Positions 60,901-64,000 of a stretch of 64,000 nucleotides of DNA are shown in pieces. The stretch's first letter is position 1. Every line of letters begins with the position of its first letter. A program made the position numbers and the translations under genes. The stretch comes from Podarcis muralis (lineage: Eukaryota): assembly GCF_964188315.1 (NCBI RefSeq), contig NC_135670.1:38068001-38132000 (forward strand), in the 5' to 3' direction. Below the pieces are notes generated by a model, which was not told the origin of the DNA, ran no database searches, and was given only the letters and a program-made list of their open reading frames with translations.

Positions 60901-62770
60901 ATAAAGCTTTTTCATAGCAAAGAGGTAAACATCAACATCTGCTGGTGTCTATATATCAAGCTGCTTGGTAAAGCTTGCAGCCCTCAATATGTTGCTGGCC
61001 TGCTACTCTCATAATTCCTGAGCATTGGCCATTCTGGCTGGGGTTGATGGGAGTTGGAGCCGGGCAACATCTGGAGAGCCAGAGGTTCTCCACGCTGACT
61101 TCAGTCACTGGAGCAAGAGCTGAGAATAAAGCTGGCAAACCTTTCCTGAGGCCCCACCAAGCATCTTTCTCTGGTTTTCTCCTTCACAAAGCACTCCACG
61201 CCTCCCTCTGGAGCTGGGATCTCAGCCTTGGTTGTCAGTTTACTCTGCAGGTGCAGACCAGGGTCTTCAGGAAATTGAAATAGCTCCATAGCTCAGCAGC
61301 AGAGCAGCTGCCTTGCAGGGAGAAGTTGCAAGTCCACTTCCTGTCATCTCCATGTGGAAGTGCGAAAGACTCCTGTCTAAAACTGCAAAAGTCTGATACT
61401 AGTCAGTGCTGGTAGGGTATGGATAGCCTGTTGTTGGTCTATCACCATAGACAATAGACCATAGACCACTCTGGCCATTGGTCATGCTGGCTGGGGCTGA
61501 TGGAGTCCAACAAGATGTGGAGCAACCTGCTACCCTCCAGACACTTTGGACTACAACTTCCATCATTCCTGACTGCTAGTCATACTGACTGGGGCTGATG
61601 GGAGCTGTAGTCCAAAACATCTAGAGGGCACCAGGTCAGGGGAGGCTGATCTGGAAGGACACAGCTTCCACCAGTTTAGTGAGCTAGATGGACCAGCAAT
61701 CTGATCTGGCATAAGGCATCTAAGTTCCTACTGTGTTCCTTAAACTTTCATATTTATTTATTGCATTTATGCCTTATCTTTATTCTGTTGTGGAACTAAA
61801 GGCAATGTACATCAGAGCTTGGAGGTGGTGTCTTCAGCCATTGACCAAGACCAGATCTGTTGAGGTTCAGGAAATTTGATGATTCACATGCCTCCAAGAT
61901 CCTCCGTATGAAAATAGGAATGTAGGAAGCGGCCTTCCATCAACCCTACACCAAGGTGGAGAACCTGTGACCCTCCAGAGGATCTTGGTCTATAGCTTCC
62001 AACATTCCTCACTTTCAGCCCTGAAAACTGAGGCTGATGGGAGTTGTAATCCAATAATATGGGTGGTGGGACGCAGGTGACGCTGTGGGCCTAGGACTTG
62101 CCAATCAGAAGGTTGGTGGTTCGAATCCCCACGACGGGGTGAGCTCCTGTTGCTCGGTCCCTGCTCCTGCCAACCTAGCAGTTCGAAAGCACATAAAAGT
62201 GCAAGTAGATAAATAGGTACCGCTCCGGCGGGAAGGTAAACGGCGTTTCCGTGCGCTGCTCTGGTTCACCAGAAGTGGCTTAGTCATGCTGGCCACATGA
62301 CCTGGAAGCTGTACTCCGGCTCCCTCGGCCGGTAAAGCGAGATGAGCGCCGCAACCCCAGAGTCGGTCACGACTGGACCTAATGGTCAGGGGTCCCTTTA
62401 CCTTTAATATGGGTGGTGGTGGCTACACCATCTGGAAGCATTTCTCCAGAGTATTAGACAGGCAGTCTTTGCCAGTCCTACCTGGACATGCAGGGCTTTG
62501 AACCTGGAACCTTCTGCATGGAAAGATGCTATAGCTAGCAAGATCTGGCCCTTCCATTGAACAGGAGACATTTGACCGTCCGGGACCTGAAAGTGATGGT
62601 ATGCAATCTCACCCTCTAGGAGCTAGAGCTGGTGGAAGATGTTTGGAGAGGGGAAGCTCAAGATCTCCTCACCCAAATCGCCCAGCTTCAGGAAGAGAAT
62701 AAGCAGCTGATGACCAACCTCTCCCACAAGGACGTCAACTTTTCGGAAGAAGAGTTCCAGAAGCATGAAG
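57346..62770 (+). CDS. RILPL1: RILP-like protein 1, exons 1-2; gene continues off the right edge
   Basis: join(57346..57645,62620..62770); MDGVSGLGSPALEKNVAELTVMDVYDIAS...ERKHQK|ELELVEDVWRGEAQDLL...EEFQKHE (RH1 domain plus coiled coil). Confidence 0.95.
62068..62405 (+). mobile_element. Sauria SINE, nested in an older hAT-type MITE
   Basis: Head, box and tail present; TSD TAATATGGGTGGTGG. Confidence 0.88.
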
Positions 62771-64000
62771 GCAAGTGGGGTAGCCAGAGATTCTTGCTGA
62801 CAGCATTGGGTTCGTTTGACCTGAAACTCAGTAAGAAACTGTTGGGGAAAGTATAGGAGATGGCAGCAGTCAGGCAAAAAGTACTGACATAAGTCTGTAT
62901 GGAGCACGTGACTCCGGTTGTATGACAAGTTCACTGGCTTCCTTTTGGTTTCCTGGACCGGTTCAAATGCCTGGTTTTGACTTTCACCACCTTTAAACCA
63001 GAATGGGGGACCTGTGTCACTCCACATGGTACTGGACTGCAACTCCCATTAGCCCTGACCATTGGCTATTCTGGCTGGGGCTTATGGGCACCACAACTGA
63101 AAAGGCCCTTCTTTTTTGCTCACCTGCTGAACCTCAGCTGGCAGAGGATACTGTGCAGAACCTCAGGTGCACAGGAGCGAAGTACATGGGGAAATAATGG
63201 CTTTTGTTGCAGTTCCTTGTATATCACCTGTAATAGCTATAGTAATTAAATGCACTCAGGCCAGATAGTCAATTAAATGGGAGGGGAAACAAAGGGATTT
63301 GAGCTCTTGGCATGTGGGGCTAGTATTGGTCATGCAGACCCACTTAATTATACCAGGGAGGCTTGTAGCTCTCCAGATGTTGTTGGATTCTGACACTCAT
63401 TCATCCCACCCAGCATGGTCAATAGTCAGGGATTATGGGAGTTTTAATCCAGCAACATCTGGAGAGCTGCAGGTTCCCCACCTCTGGTTTATAGCAATTG
63501 CCTTTGTTGGCTAGAAATTTGGGTGCTGTTGAGGAGAGAGAATTTTAAAAGAGAGGTTCCATTGCGTTGCTAACAATTGATAGATTTGAGGAGGAGCGGC
63601 CCAAGTCCCTTTTTATTAGTTTGTTTACATTTCTATACCACCTTTCCACCAATTGGTGCTCTTGAAGCCATGAAGGCAAGTGGCGCCACCAGCCTTTGTG
63701 GCAGCAAATTCCATAAATCAGGGCTGAGGAACCTGAAGCCTAACAACTTCCAAAGGGCCACAACTCCCATCTGTCCCTTAGTCAGCAGAGCTAATAGTTG
63801 GAAGTTGTAGTCCAACAACATTACAGGGCTGCACAGTTCCCAGTTCAGCCATAAATTAACTCTGTGTTGTGTAAAGTACAGCTTGTTTTTGCTGAGTGCT
63901 GTATCTACTGCCAGCCAAATTCACTGGGTGAAAATTATTATTATTTTTTAATCATTAATAGCTTTGAAAAATAAAAGTTTCCAGGATGATTCCAATATTA

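Overview
Vertebrate (squamate, most likely lacertid lizard) genomic DNA, not prokaryotic. It carries the gene block syntenic with human 12q24.31: the 5' end of GTF2H3 (-), complete EIF2B1 (+, 9 exons, 302 aa), complete DDX55 (-, 14 exons, 591 aa), complete TMED2 (-, 4 exons, 201 aa, plus a 21-nt in-frame microexon) and exons 1-2 of RILPL1 (+). Introns are dense with squamate repeats: six Sauria SINEs, L2, CR1, L1, RTE-X-like fragments, and Tc1/mariner and hAT MITEs. Most interesting: (1) an intact, very young Penelope-like element in EIF2B1 intron 5. Its two identical pseudo-LTRs each hold a minimal hammerhead ribozyme that encodes both the AUG and the stop of the 989-aa RT/GIY-YIG ORF, and its inverted end begins at the predicted cleavage site. 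(2) A separate non-coding ~825-bp insertion in DDX55 intron 1, bounded by a 13-bp TSD, with two tandem hammerheads delimiting a 628-nt unit (retrozyme-like). (3) Four GC-type splice donors among 29, one of which allows two alternative junction registers giving the same protein. All exon models were built by eye from reading frame, splice signals and remembered homologue sequences; repeat family names are by recognition, not database search.
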